Shown here: one piece after another, positions 33,954 to 44,053 of the stretch
Layout: every line of letters begins with the position of its first letter
How positions within the stretch are numbered: position 1 is the first letter of the stretch
Origin: an uncultured Candidatus Binatia bacterium
GTDB taxonomy: Bacteria > Desulfobacterota > Binatia > UBA9968 > CAXXLF01
DNA length: 64,000 nucleotides
Assembly (NCBI GenBank): GCA_965218425.1
Contig: OZ244621.1
Coordinates: 2,112,001-2,176,000 of the forward strand
Direction: 5' to 3'
Translations under genes and position numbers: made by a program
Notes under the pieces: model-generated
Told to the model about the DNA's origin: nothing
Databases searched by the model: none
What the model saw: the letters and a program-made list of their open reading frames with translations, nothing else

Positions 33954-35256
33954 AGGTTTTCAAAGCGCAGGCAAAATTCCCGAGCTCAGGCGGAGAATAC
34001 TTTTTACTCTGGCGATGCTTGCGGTTTATCGGATGGGAGTGGCCATCCCCACCCCCGGAATTGACCGGCAGGCGTTAGCTGCTTTTTTTGCGCAGATTGA
34101 AAACACCATTTTCGGTTTGGTCAACCTGTTCTCAGGCGGGGCGTTTGAACAGTTTTCTGTGTTTTCTCTGGGCATTATGCCCTACATTAGCGCCTCGATT
34201 ATTCTGCAGCTTCTGACGGTGGTCTTTCCTTATTTAGAAAGACTTTCCAAGGAGGGAGAGGTCGGACGAAGAAAGATCACGCAGTACACGCGGTATGGTA
34301 CCATTTTTCTCTCCGTCGTGCAGGGATTGATGATCAGCATTGGATTGGAAAGCACGCGGGGTCCAGGTGGAGAAGCCATCGTTTTGAATCCTGGATGGGA
34401 TTTTCGTTTAATGACAGTTATTACCTTAACCTCCGGGACCGCGTTTATTATGTGGCTGGGTGAACAAATAACAGAACGGGGAATTGGCAACGGCATTTCA
34501 TTGATCATTTTTGCGGGTATTGTGGCCCGACTCCCCTCGGGTATCTTCACCACCATACAGTATGTCCGCGAGGGCGAACTGATGCCGCTGGTGGTCCTGT
34601 TCATTCTGGTTCTGGTGGTTGGAGTCGTAGGAGTGATCATTTTTGTAGAACGGGGACAGAGACGGATTCCGGTCCAGTATGCCAAGAGGGTTGTGGGGCG
34701 AAGGATGTATGGGGGGCAAACCTCCCATTTGCCGCTAAAGATCAATACCTCCGGTGTGATCCCTGTGATATTTGCTTCATCGGTGCTTATTTTTCCTGCG
34801 ACCATTGCCCAATTCGTCCAGCATCCATGGGCCCAAACGGCTGCTGCCTATCTGGCCCCTGGCCGATTGCTCAACGATGTTCTTTATGTGGGTTTGATTA
34901 TCTTTTTCTGTTATTTTTATACGGCAGTGGTGTTTAATCCTTCGGATGTGGCCGAAAACATGAGGAAGTCCGGGGGATATATACCCGGTATTCGACCCGG
35001 GCAAAAGACAGCGGAATTTATCGATCGGGTGCTATCAAAGATCACCCTTGGCGGGGCCATTTACCTTTCCGCGGTAGCCCTATTGCCCACCTTATTAATT
35101 AGTCAGATGAATGTTCCCTTCTTTTTCGGGGGAACGGCGCTTCTTATTGTGGTTGGAGTTGGCTTGGATACGGTGGCCCAGGTTGAGACACATATGATTT
35201 CAAGGAACTATGAAGGATTCATGAAACGAGGCCGTCTCCGAGGCAGGATGGGTTAG
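33946..35256 (+). CDS. secY: Preprotein translocase subunit SecY
   Basis: [26 protein letters not shown] and IPGIRPG motifs. Confidence 0.98.
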   Translation: MLEGFQSAGKIPELRRRILFTLAMLAVYRMGVAIPTPGIDRQALAAFFAQIENTIFGLVNLFSGGAFEQFSVFSLGIMPYISASIILQLLTVVFPYLERLSKEGEVGRRKITQYTRYGTIFLSVVQGLMISIGLESTRGPGGEAIVLNPGWDFRLMTVITLTSGTAFIMWLGEQITERGIGNGISLIIFAGIVARLPSGIFTTIQYVREGELMPLVVLFILVLVVGVVGVIIFVERGQRRIPVQYAKRVVGRRMYGGQTSHLPLKINTSGVIPVIFASSVLIFPATIAQFVQHPWAQTAAAYLAPGRLLNDVLYVGLIIFFCYFYTAVVFNPSDVAENMRKSGGYIPGIRPGQKTAEFIDRVLSKITLGGAIYLSAVALLPTLLISQMNVPFFFGGTALLIVVGVGLDTVAQVETHMISRNYEGFMKRGRLRGRMG

Positions 35257-35276
35257 TGAATTGATCGGGAAAAATA

Positions 35277-35930
35277 GTGCGGCTGGTTCTTTTAGGTTCA
35301 CCTGGGGCGGGAAAAGGAACCCAGGCAAAATTTATCCAAGAGCGGTTTGGGATTCCTCAGATATCGACGGGCGATATCCTCAGGAAAACGGTGAGTGATC
35401 ATACGATCCTTGGAAATAAGGCGAGTGGCTACATTCAAGAAGGAAAGCTGGTTCCTGACGACTTGATCTTGGACATGATAACGGAGCGTTTATCGGCTGA
35501 CGATTGCGCCAAGGGGTATATCCTGGATGGATTTCCCAGAACGGTGCCGCAAGCTCTGGGGCTGGAGACGTGGCTTAAGGGTCTCCCCTCCCAATTGGAC
35601 CGGGTGCTTTACTTCAATGTTCCTGAAGAGGTCCTCATTCAGAGACTGGAGGGGCGGCGGACCTGCAGGGATTGCGGAACCCTTTATCACTTAGTTTTTA
35701 ATCCACCTCGCCAGGCGGGGATCTGTGACGATTGCGACGGAGAACTTTACCAGCGAGAAGACGATCAGGAGGAGATCATCAGAAGAAGGCTGGAAACCTA
35801 TAAGGTTCAAACTGCCCCCTTGATCGAACACTACCGAGTAAGGGATCTTTTGACGGAAATTAATGGAGATGGAAGGGTAGAAAGTATCAAGGACCATGTG
35901 TTGGACTCCTTAGGATACGGCGCAGGATGA
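35277..35930 (+). CDS. adk: Adenylate kinase (zinc-lid type)
   Basis: GSPGAGKGT, LDGFPRT and CRDC...CDDC motifs. Confidence 0.97.
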   Translation: MRLVLLGSPGAGKGTQAKFIQERFGIPQISTGDILRKTVSDHTILGNKASGYIQEGKLVPDDLILDMITERLSADDCAKGYILDGFPRTVPQALGLETWLKGLPSQLDRVLYFNVPEEVLIQRLEGRRTCRDCGTLYHLVFNPPRQAGICDDCDGELYQREDDQEEIIRRRLETYKVQTAPLIEHYRVRDLLTEINGDGRVESIKDHVLDSLGYGAG

Positions 35931-36685
35931 TTGTTCTCAAATCAGCGCGGGAAATTGAAGTGATGCGCCGAGCCAACGTGATCGTCGCTGAGATTTTAGC
36001 GAGGTTAAGAGAAGCAGTTGTCCCTGGAATCACCACCTTGGACCTGGATCGCATGGCGGAGGAGTTAACGTATAAGAAAAACGCCAAGCCGGCGTTTAAA
36101 GGGTACGCCGTGGCAGGACGGGTTTATCCTTATAGCCTTTGTACGTCGGTGAACGAAGAGGTGGTTCATGGAATGCCGTCCAAACGAGTTCTCAAGGAGG
36201 GGGATATTCTAGGGATGGATTTTGGGGTGATTGTGGACGGCTTTTATGGGGATTCTGCGGTGACTGTGGCTGTGGGACGGGCCAGTGAAGCAGCTGAACG
36301 TTTAATGCAGGTTACCCGGGATTCTCTCTACCGAGGGATCGACGAGCTTCACGAAGGAAAAAGATTGGGGGATCTCTCTTCGGCCATCCAGAACCTGGTC
36401 GAAGATGCGGGGTTTTCAGTGGTGCGGGAATTTGTGGGCCATGGAATTGGTAAGAAGCTCCATGAGGAACCTCCAGTTCCCAATTATGGTGAGTCGGGCC
36501 GTGGTCCTCGGCTCATGGAAGGCATGGTCCTTGCCATTGAACCCATGGTCAATGCCGGGAAACCTGAGGTGGAGCTCAAAGAGGATGGATGGACGGCAGT
36601 GACCAGAGATCGAAGCCTGGCCGCTCACTTTGAACATTCGGTGGCCATCACAAAAAATGGTCCGGATATCTTGAGTCGAATTTGA
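35927..36685 (+). CDS. map: Methionine aminopeptidase type I
   Basis: CTSVNEEVVHG, GHGIG, AIEPM and AHFEHS motifs. Confidence 0.97.
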   Translation: MIVLKSAREIEVMRRANVIVAEILARLREAVVPGITTLDLDRMAEELTYKKNAKPAFKGYAVAGRVYPYSLCTSVNEEVVHGMPSKRVLKEGDILGMDFGVIVDGFYGDSAVTVAVGRASEAAERLMQVTRDSLYRGIDELHEGKRLGDLSSAIQNLVEDAGFSVVREFVGHGIGKKLHEEPPVPNYGESGRGPRLMEGMVLAIEPMVNAGKPEVELKEDGWTAVTRDRSLAAHFEHSVAITKNGPDILSRI

Positions 36686-36709
36686 GGCGGTAGACGAAGA
36701 AAACCTTGT

Positions 36710-36928
36710 ATGGCGAAACAGGATGCCATTGAAGCAACAGGGACAGTGTTGGAGACTCTTCCCAATGCCATGTTCAGGGTGGAGCTGGAAAACGGTCACA
36801 GAGTTCTGGCTCATATTTCGGGGAAGATGCGTATGCACTATATTAAAATTCTGCCAGGGGATAAGGTAAAGATTGAGTTGTCTCCTTATGACCTAGGAAG
36901 AGGAAGAATTGTCTATCGGGAAAGGTAA
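36710..36928 (+). CDS. infA: Translation initiation factor IF-1
   Basis: LPNAMFRV and SPYDL motifs. Confidence 0.98.
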   Translation: MAKQDAIEATGTVLETLPNAMFRVELENGHRVLAHISGKMRMHYIKILPGDKVKIELSPYDLGRGRIVYRER

Positions 36929-36951
36929 CCGGGTAGCAGAGACGAACTGAA

Positions 36952-37065
36952 ATGAAAGTCAGGGCATCGGTAAAAAAAATCTGCAGCAAATGTAAGATCA
37001 TTCTTCGAAGAGGAGTGGTTCGGGTACTGTGTGTCAATCCCAGACATAAACAGAGGCAAGGCTGA
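36952..37065 (+). CDS. rpmJ: 50S ribosomal protein L36 (not in ORF track)
   Basis: Manual translation [37 protein letters not shown]. Confidence 0.97.
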   Translation: MKVRASVKKICSKCKIILRRGVVRVLCVNPRHKQRQG

Positions 37066-37070
37066 TTAAT

Positions 37071-37168
37071 ACTGAGTGACGAGTTCTGAGTACCGAGCAA
37101 TGAAGATTGAATACAGAGGATTGACGATCACGGAAAGAATGCATAGCGCTAAGCGCAGAGTGCAAATC
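37071..37168. repeat. Degenerate heptamer array spanning 14 units in register
   Basis: Eight consecutive 7-mers with GA at positions 4-5, then GCATAGC GCTAAGC GCAGAGT GCAAATC in the same phase. Confidence 0.65.
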
Positions 37169-37178
37169 GGAGGTTAGT

Positions 37179-37556
37179 ATGGCACGTATCTCGGGTGTTG
37201 AATTACCCAAGAATAAACGAATGGAAGTCGCGCTGACTTATATTTATGGTATTGGACGGAGCGGCTCGCGGTCGATTCTCCAGCAGGCCGGGATCCAATT
37301 GGAGACCAACAGCGATAAACTCACTGATGATGAAGTGGTTAGGATCAGAAAGGTTCTCGACCAGGGCGTAAAGGTTGAAGGCGATCTCAGGCGAGAGATC
37401 GCGGGGGATATCAAACGTCACATGGAAATGGGTTCATATCGCGGACTGCGTCACCGCAGGGGATTGCCCGTTAGGGGGCAGCGAACCCATACCAACGGGC
37501 GGACCAGGAGGGGGCCGCGTAGAACGGTGGCCGGAAAAAAGCAGGCGCCGAAATAA
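37179..37556 (+). CDS. rpsM: 30S ribosomal protein S13
   Basis: ALTYIYGIG and LPVRGQRT motifs. Confidence 0.98.
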   Translation: MARISGVELPKNKRMEVALTYIYGIGRSGSRSILQQAGIQLETNSDKLTDDEVVRIRKVLDQGVKVEGDLRREIAGDIKRHMEMGSYRGLRHRRGLPVRGQRTHTNGRTRRGPRRTVAGKKQAPK

Positions 37557-37617
37557 GATTCCCATTGAGTCCAGGGGAGAAACAGTGCGGAGGGGTAAAA
37601 ACCCTTAAGGAGAGGCC

Positions 37618-38076
37618 ATGGCAAAAGACGAAACACAGGAAGAAAAAAAGGCCGGTGCAGGTGATGGTGCAATAGTTGGCGAAAAGCCGGCGGAGAAAGT
37701 CGCTGCTAAAAAACGGAAGGGGAGAAAGAACGTATCTGAGGGTGTTGCTCACATCCACTCCACGTTTAACAACACCATTGTGAGCATCACGGATGTTCAT
37801 GGGGGTGTGGTGGCTTGGTCCAGCGCAGGTGCCATGGGGTTCAAGGGATCTCGTAAGGGGACTCCCTTTGCAGCTCAAAGGGCTGCCGATAGCGTTGCCA
37901 GGAAAGCCATGGACCACGGCATGCATTCCGTACAGGTATATGTGCGAGGACCGGGCGCGGGAAGAGATTCCGCCCTAAGGTCTCTTCAATTAGCTGGATT
38001 GAACATTAGTCTGATCAAGGATGTGACCCCGATCCCTCACAACGGTTGTCGGCCGCCAAAGCGGAGAAGGGTGTGA
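37618..38076 (+). CDS. rpsK: 30S ribosomal protein S11 (N-terminally extended)
   Basis: STFNNT and [13 protein letters not shown] motifs. Confidence 0.97.
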   Translation: MAKDETQEEKKAGAGDGAIVGEKPAEKVAAKKRKGRKNVSEGVAHIHSTFNNTIVSITDVHGGVVAWSSAGAMGFKGSRKGTPFAAQRAADSVARKAMDHGMHSVQVYVRGPGAGRDSALRSLQLAGLNISLIKDVTPIPHNGCRPPKRRRV

Positions 38077-38181
38077 GGAACTGAGATTAGAAAAATCGAA
38101 GATCGAAAATAAAAGATGGAAATCAAACGTCGGTGGTCAGAGCACTTAAGGGAGGCAGCATGCAACATATAGGAGTAAGCA

Positions 38182-38808
38182 TTGGCTAGATATGTACGTT
38201 CAGTTTGTCGTCTGTGTCGACGAGAAAATATCAAGCTCTTTTTAAAGGGGGAGCGGTGTTATACCGATAAGTGTGCCATTGAGCGCAGGAACTACCCACC
38301 TGGGGAGCACGGCCAGTCCAGGCAGAAGTATTCCGAGTACAAGATCCAGTTGCGCGAGAAGCAAAAAGTTAAGCGCATGTACGGTCTTTTGGAAAAACAG
38401 TTCCGTAGCACGTTTACTTTGGCAGAAAAAGCAAAAGGGATTACGGGTGAAGCCCTGTTGGAATATCTGGAGCGACGGTTGGATAACGTTACTTACCGTC
38501 TCAGCTTTGCCAGTTCCCGTGCAGACGCGCGACTGCTGGTGAGGCACGGACATATCCTGGTGAATGGAAGGTCAGTGACCATACCCTCCTGTTTTGTCCG
38601 AGCTGGGGATGTGGTTTCAGTTAAAGAAGGGAGTCGCAAGATCATGCGGATTTTATCCGCCGTGGATGGGGCTCAGAGGCGTGGTGTGCCGGAGTGGGCG
38701 GACCTGGATCGAGACGCCTTCGCGGGTACGATCAAGGTGCTGCCCACACGAGGAGACATCACGACGCCCATTAACGAGAAACTGATTGTTGAACTCTATT
38801 CTAAGTGA
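38182..38808 (+). CDS. rpsD: 30S ribosomal protein S4 (TTG start)
   Basis: CRLCRRE, LERRLDN and IVELYSK motifs; SD AGGAG. Confidence 0.97.
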   Translation: MARYVRSVCRLCRRENIKLFLKGERCYTDKCAIERRNYPPGEHGQSRQKYSEYKIQLREKQKVKRMYGLLEKQFRSTFTLAEKAKGITGEALLEYLERRLDNVTYRLSFASSRADARLLVRHGHILVNGRSVTIPSCFVRAGDVVSVKEGSRKIMRILSAVDGAQRRGVPEWADLDRDAFAGTIKVLPTRGDITTPINEKLIVELYSK

Positions 38809-38830
38809 TCCAGGAAATAGTGGAGACCTT

Positions 38831-39850
38831 ATGATTAAGAATTGGATTGAATTAACCAAGCCCACCAGGCTGGAACTAGACGAAAAATCCCTTACCCCGA
38901 CCTACGGTAAGTTCTATGGAGAGCCTTTTGAAAGGGGTTATGGGCAGACCATCGGCAATGCTCTCAGAAGGATCTTGCTTTCCTCTCTCATGGGAGCAGC
39001 CATAACGTCTGTGCGAATGAAGGGGGTTCTGCACGAGTTCTCAACCATCGAGGGAGTCACGGAGGATGTGACCGATATCATTCTTAACCTCAAACAGGTG
39101 CGTATCAAACTGAACGAAGTGGAAAGAGAGACGCTAAAACTTCAAGCCAAAGGTCCTAAAACCATTACTGCGAAGGATATCCAGACCGGTCCCCATGTGG
39201 AAGTGATCAACCCGGAGCAGCACATCGCCACCCTGTCGCGCGCAGGGGAGCTGGATATGGAGTTAACCGCCAAGATGGGGCGAGGATACGTACCAGGTGA
39301 GCGAAACAAAAAGGAGGATGCCCCTGTGGACACCATCTTCCTGGATGCGATTTTTTCACCCATCCAGAAGGTGAATTTTAATATCACCAATGCAAGAGTC
39401 GGCCAGCGAACCGACTTTGACCGGTTGGTGTTGGAGATCTGGTCTGATGGCAGTGTAAAGCCGGAAGACGCCCTGGCCTTTGGAGCCAAGATCCTACAGG
39501 AACAACTCAACGTATTTATTAATTTTGAGGAAGAGAGGCAGCATCCAGCGACCGGAACGGATGCGGCGGCGTCTCTCAATGAGCATCTTTTCCGGAGTGT
39601 CGACGAGTTGGAGTTCTCAGTCCGATCCCAAAACTGCTTGCAAAGCGCCGATATCAAATACATCGGTGAACTTGTGCAAAAGACGGAACAGGAAATGCTA
39701 AAAACCAAGAACTTTGGCCGAAAATCACTTAACGAAATCAAAGAGGTCCTCCACGAAATGGGACTGGAAATTGGCATGAACTTGGATCACTTCCCGACTC
39801 GAGAGGAGCTCGACAGTCGAAGGCAGGCAAAACATAAAGAGACCGCGTAG
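38831..39850 (+). CDS. rpoA: RNA polymerase alpha subunit
   Basis: [17 protein letters not shown] and [12 protein letters not shown] motifs. Confidence 0.98.
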   Translation: MIKNWIELTKPTRLELDEKSLTPTYGKFYGEPFERGYGQTIGNALRRILLSSLMGAAITSVRMKGVLHEFSTIEGVTEDVTDIILNLKQVRIKLNEVERETLKLQAKGPKTITAKDIQTGPHVEVINPEQHIATLSRAGELDMELTAKMGRGYVPGERNKKEDAPVDTIFLDAIFSPIQKVNFNITNARVGQRTDFDRLVLEIWSDGSVKPEDALAFGAKILQEQLNVFINFEEERQHPATGTDAAASLNEHLFRSVDELEFSVRSQNCLQSADIKYIGELVQKTEQEMLKTKNFGRKSLNEIKEVLHEMGLEIGMNLDHFPTREELDSRRQAKHKETA

Positions 39851-39853
39851 ATT

Positions 39854-40318
39854 ATGCGTCACCTTAAAAAAGGAAGAAAACTCAACCGTAACTCAAGCCA
39901 CCGTACAGCCATGATGCGGAACCTGGTGACTTCGTTACTGCATCACGGTCGAATCGAAACGACCGATGCAAAGGCGAAGGAGCTGAGGCGCTGGGCGGAT
40001 TGGATGATTGGCCTGGGCAAGGATGGAAGCCTCCATGCACGCCGCCGGGCTTTGGCCGTGATTCAGGACAAGGCCGTGGTAGCCAAACTCTTTGATTCCA
40101 TCGGCCCCCGTTTTAAGGACCGCCCTGGAGGCTACACCCACGCGGTGAAGATCGGGTTGCGCCGCGGGGATAATGCCTCCATTTCATTGGTGGAGATCCT
40201 CCCGGAAAGTGAAACTGTGAGGGCTGATACCCCCTCGGAAGGCGGGACGCGGAGGAGACGACCCGTCGCAAAGAAGACCGCGCCAAAGAAGCAAGCCAAA
40301 TCGAGCGCCATAGCATAG
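39854..40318 (+). CDS. rplQ: 50S ribosomal protein L17
   Basis: MRH...IETTDAKAK and RPGGYT motifs. Confidence 0.97.
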   Translation: MRHLKKGRKLNRNSSHRTAMMRNLVTSLLHHGRIETTDAKAKELRRWADWMIGLGKDGSLHARRRALAVIQDKAVVAKLFDSIGPRFKDRPGGYTHAVKIGLRRGDNASISLVEILPESETVRADTPSEGGTRRRRPVAKKTAPKKQAKSSAIA

Positions 40319-40363
40319 CCATTTCTCGTCACTTTCAGAGCCACGTTTTATTCACCTTCGTCG

Positions 40364-40436
40364 CCGAAGCGGGTGCGAAAGCGGACTGTGCCGGAGAAAT
40401 GAAGGATACCACGGGGATAAGCCTGTGGAAGCTTCA
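40364..40436 (+). repeat. REP-like element, copy 1 (homologous to 59565-59644)
   Basis: CCGAAGC..GCGGA-N13-ATGAAGG-N3-CCACGG...GCTTCA. Confidence 0.5.
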
Positions 40437-40520
40437 AAACCGCTGGACCGGCGTTGCTCAAAGTGGAATCTCTTTTTTTTCCGAGGCGGGGTGTGATATG
40501 AAGGTTTGCGGTAAAAATTT

Positions 40521-40886
40521 ATGGCTCTTTTGCGTCACTCTCTCAAAAACCTTCTCCGACTAGAAATTCGTGATGGGTCTCTGGAATCTCTACAATGGAA
40601 GGATTTTGGGACTGGTGTGTCCATGGCCAGGCTGGCTCGTGAGGATCGAAGAGAGCTAGTTTTGTACCGGGTCACAGATGGCGCTAAACCGCAAGCCTTT
40701 TTGCCTCACGAACATATAGGAGGCGAGTTCTACCTTGTGGTCAAGGGTGCAATAGAGGATGAAACCGGGGTTTACAGCGAGGGAGATATTGTCTATCTTG
40801 ACCCTGCATCGGTTCATACACCCCGGGCTGTGGGGGAGGCTGTAATATTGGTCCTTTGGCCCGCCGGGGTCAGGATCGTGAAGTGA
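40521..40886 (+). CDS. ChrR-like cupin domain protein
   Basis: HEHxGGE...G.IEDE.G.Y..GD...P.SVHTP cupin motif. Confidence 0.8.
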   Translation: MALLRHSLKNLLRLEIRDGSLESLQWKDFGTGVSMARLAREDRRELVLYRVTDGAKPQAFLPHEHIGGEFYLVVKGAIEDETGVYSEGDIVYLDPASVHTPRAVGEAVILVLWPAGVRIVK

Positions 40887-40952
40887 GAAGAGATCTACCC
40901 AGGACAGAGAAATGAGTTTCCTGGTTCCATACCCCAAAGGTGATTGACCACA

Positions 40953-41500
40953 ATGGCACCAACAGAGCGACTGTCCCGATTCCTGAGTTTTTTGCTTCGT
41001 CACCGGCCTGAAGATTACCCACTGGGGTTCGATGACTGAGGATTCGTTCCCTTGAAGGGGCTCGTGAACAGAGTCCAGGATCGTTTTCCAGAGGTGGATG
41101 ACTCTGCGATCCTAGGGATCATTGAGGGATTGGACAAAACTCGGTTTGAGTTCAGGGAAGGAATGGTCCGTGCCACCTATGGTCATGCCTTTCCAATCGG
41201 TCTAGAACCACCAAGAGAATCTCCCCCGCAATGCCTATCCTGTGGGACGACTCAGGATCTCGCAAAATCGATTCTGGAGGATGGCCTCAAACCACGGGAA
41301 CATCAGTTTGTACATCTCAGCCTGTCCCTCAAGAGGCCAATGCCGTGGGAAAGAGGCGCGATCCTATTCCGGCTGTTTTGGTGGTTCAGTCCCTGGCAAC
41401 TCATACCCAAGGTGTCCACTTCTATCACTCCGGTCCATTGTTCCTAACCGAGGGGATCCCAGCTAAATTCTTGTCCCTGTTGAAGGGGCAATCGGCTTGA
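40953..41500 (+). pseudogene. kptA: RNA 2'-phosphotransferase (KptA/Tpt1) pseudogene
   Basis: LSRFLSFLLRHRP, RATYGH, GLKP...FVHLS and VGKRR motifs; in-frame TGA at 41037-41039; frameshift near 41326-41330. Confidence 0.85.
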
Positions 41501-41636
41501 TTTGGGAGTAGAAAAACGTTATAAATGCGGGCACTTAAGTCCGCCGCATTATTCGAATTGACTTCGGATTGACGAGCGGTGTGTTCATCTGGGGGGAATG
41601 CCCAGCTGGAGCAGTGGGGAATGGTAAAAGGCGAAA

Positions 41637-43364
41637 ATGAAAGATCACCTTAGAGAACTCCTGACGCGGACCATCGATAAAGCGGCAAAGGGGGGAGAGT
41701 TGGCTATGACAGAACTCCCCCCTTTGATTCTTGAGTCTCCGAAGCAGAAAGAATTTGGGGACCTAAGCACCAATGTGGCATTACTCTGGGCCAAGCAACA
41801 GAAAAAATCCCCCCGCGCCATTGCAGAGATTCTCCTAAAGAACCTCGAGGACCCTGAGGGGATTCTGCAAAATGCCGGCATGGCGGGACCTGGTTTTTTG
41901 AATTTTTCCTTTTCGCCAAAATTCTGCTACCGATGTCTCAAAGAGGCGGAAGGTAAAGATGGAAAAATCGAAAATCAAGGTCATGGAGATAAGGTCCAAG
42001 TGGAATTTGCGAGTGTCAATCCCACGGGTCCACTCCATGTGGGTCATGGACGGGTGGCGGTGATCGGAGATGTGCTAGCCCGTCTTCTCGATGAAGTGGG
42101 TTACCAGGTGGAACGGGAGTATTATGTAAACGACAGCGGGAAGCAGATTGAGAACCTGGGTCTCTCCATCTACCATCGGTATAGGGAGATGTATGGGGAG
42201 AAGGACGAATTCCCTGAGGACGGTTATATGGGGGACTATGTCAGGGAGCTCGCGGTCACGGCCAGGGAGCGTTGGGGGGACGGGTATCTTTCCGAAGGCA
42301 AGGATGTGGTCATCGATTCCCTGAGTCGCTTTGGGGCGGACGAGATGCTTTCCTGTATTCGTAACGACTTAAAAGGCTTTGGCATTACCTTCGATTCCTT
42401 TTTTAGCGAGAAGGGGCTTAGGGATCGTGGTGAGGTGAAACAGACCATGGAACTCTTGGCATCACGTGGACTCTTGTATCAACAGGACGGGGCACAGTGG
42501 TTCAAGTCCCAATCCTACGGTGATGACAAGGATAGGACGGTTATCAAGAGTGACGGAGACTTGACCTATTTTGCCTGTGACATAGCCTATCATCGAAACA
42601 AGTTCGAGCGCGGTTTTACGAAGATGGTAAACATTTGGGGTGCCGATCACCATGGTTACGTGGGAAGATTGAAAGCCGCCATCCAGGCCATGGGATATGA
42701 TTCTCAACTCCTTCAAGTGATTCTGGTCCAATTGGTGCAACTCACCCGAGGTGGGAACCCCATAAGGATGGGAAAGCGCTCGGGAGAATTCGTGTCTCTA
42801 AGAGAGGTGTTGGAAGAGGTGGGGTGTGACGCGGCACGTTTTTTCTTCCTTATGCGGAGATCGGACAGCCATCTCGATTTTGATCTGGATTTAGCAAAAA
42901 AAGATTCTGCCGAAAACCCCGTTTTCTACGTGCAATATGCCCACGCACGCATCGCAAGTATATTCGAACAAGCCGGGAAAAATGGGGTTAAGGTCAAGGG
43001 CTTAAAGGTGTCGGCCGCTGAACTGGAGAAACTGTCCTTAACGGAAGAGTTGGAGATGATAAAAAAGCTTGTCCAGTTTAGCAATGTGGTTAAGGAAAGC
43101 GTGGAAGATCTAGAGCCTCACCGACTGGTGTTTTACCTGCTGGAATTGGCGGGTCAGTTCCACAGTTACTATAATCGATACAGGGTCATATCAAGCGATG
43201 TGTCCCTGACTCGTTCCCGCCTTCTACTGGTGCAAGAAGTTCAGAAGGTTATTCGTAAAGGATTGCAATTACTTGGGGTGGATGCCCCCATGAAAATGGC
43301 TCGCACCGTACCAGAGGGGGAACTCAACAGTCCTCCTAGTTCAGGCGGGAGCACTGCGGGTTAA
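41637..43364 (+). CDS. argS: Arginine--tRNA ligase
   Basis: EFASVNPTGPLHVGH, GADHHGY and YVQYAHAR motifs. Confidence 0.97.
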   Translation: MKDHLRELLTRTIDKAAKGGELAMTELPPLILESPKQKEFGDLSTNVALLWAKQQKKSPRAIAEILLKNLEDPEGILQNAGMAGPGFLNFSFSPKFCYRCLKEAEGKDGKIENQGHGDKVQVEFASVNPTGPLHVGHGRVAVIGDVLARLLDEVGYQVEREYYVNDSGKQIENLGLSIYHRYREMYGEKDEFPEDGYMGDYVRELAVTARERWGDGYLSEGKDVVIDSLSRFGADEMLSCIRNDLKGFGITFDSFFSEKGLRDRGEVKQTMELLASRGLLYQQDGAQWFKSQSYGDDKDRTVIKSDGDLTYFACDIAYHRNKFERGFTKMVNIWGADHHGYVGRLKAAIQAMGYDSQLLQVILVQLVQLTRGGNPIRMGKRSGEFVSLREVLEEVGCDAARFFFLMRRSDSHLDFDLDLAKKDSAENPVFYVQYAHARIASIFEQAGKNGVKVKGLKVSAAELEKLSLTEELEMIKKLVQFSNVVKESVEDLEPHRLVFYLLELAGQFHSYYNRYRVISSDVSLTRSRLLLVQEVQKVIRKGLQLLGVDAPMKMARTVPEGELNSPPSSGGSTAG

Positions 43365-43369
43365 ATTTT

Positions 43370-44053
43370 ATGGCGGAGAATCAAAGATCTCGAAGTCATG
43401 GTCTTTACTACTTCAGTCGAGGCCAGCTTGTGATTCTCGCAGTGGGTTTTACCGTGACCTGTACCATCACTTTCTTTCTTGGCATGCTCATTGGGCAGGG
43501 GATTGAGGAGAGAAAGTTAATCAAAAGGGAAGGTCAGGGACCTGTGGCAAAAATTCCAGCTGAGCCTCCACGCAAAGGGTCCAGTTCCGCTCGGGCGACG
43601 GCTCAGGATCAGGAGATGACATTCTATGATACCCTGACCAAGGCTCCGCCCCGTACTGGAGCCACCTCGGAAAGAAGAGACCGGGTTAGTCAACCAAAAA
43701 AGGATGTAGCGAAGCGGGCTAAGGCCCGGGTGACTATCCCCAGTGTCAAGGAAAAGGGCCCCACCACACGGAAGAGAACTGAAAGAGCCGCAAAGTCCAC
43801 ACGTAAACCAGAGAAAAGCGTGTGGTCAATTCAAGTGAAGGCCTTTGCGCGCCAAAGGGATGCGCGTGACTTGACCAAGCGGCTAAAGGGTAAGGGATAC
43901 GATGCCTACGTTGTTTCCATCCAGATCAAGGGCCGGACCTGGTATCGAGTCCGAGTGGGGCGCCTAGCGTCACAGCGCGAGGCACAAGGCTTGCTGTTGA
44001 AATTGAAGAGGGAAGAAAAATATACCAGAGCCATTATAACTAGGGGGGGATGA
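43370..44053 (+). CDS. SPOR domain membrane protein (FtsN/DedD-like)
   Basis: N-terminal transmembrane helix; TFYDTL; C-terminal SIQVKAF...WYRVRVG SPOR motif; follows argS. Confidence 0.85.
   Translation: MAENQRSRSHGLYYFSRGQLVILAVGFTVTCTITFFLGMLIGQGIEERKLIKREGQGPVAKIPAEPPRKGSSSARATAQDQEMTFYDTLTKAPPRTGATSERRDRVSQPKKDVAKRAKARVTIPSVKEKGPTTRKRTERAAKSTRKPEKSVWSIQVKAFARQRDARDLTKRLKGKGYDAYVVSIQIKGRTWYRVRVGRLASQREAQGLLLKLKREEKYTRAIITRGG

Noticed and set aside
41037..41039. In-frame TGA in kptA as selenocysteine or stop-codon recoding
   Set aside because: A downstream frameshift and the lost HGT motif point to decay; TGA is used as a normal stop elsewhere in the window
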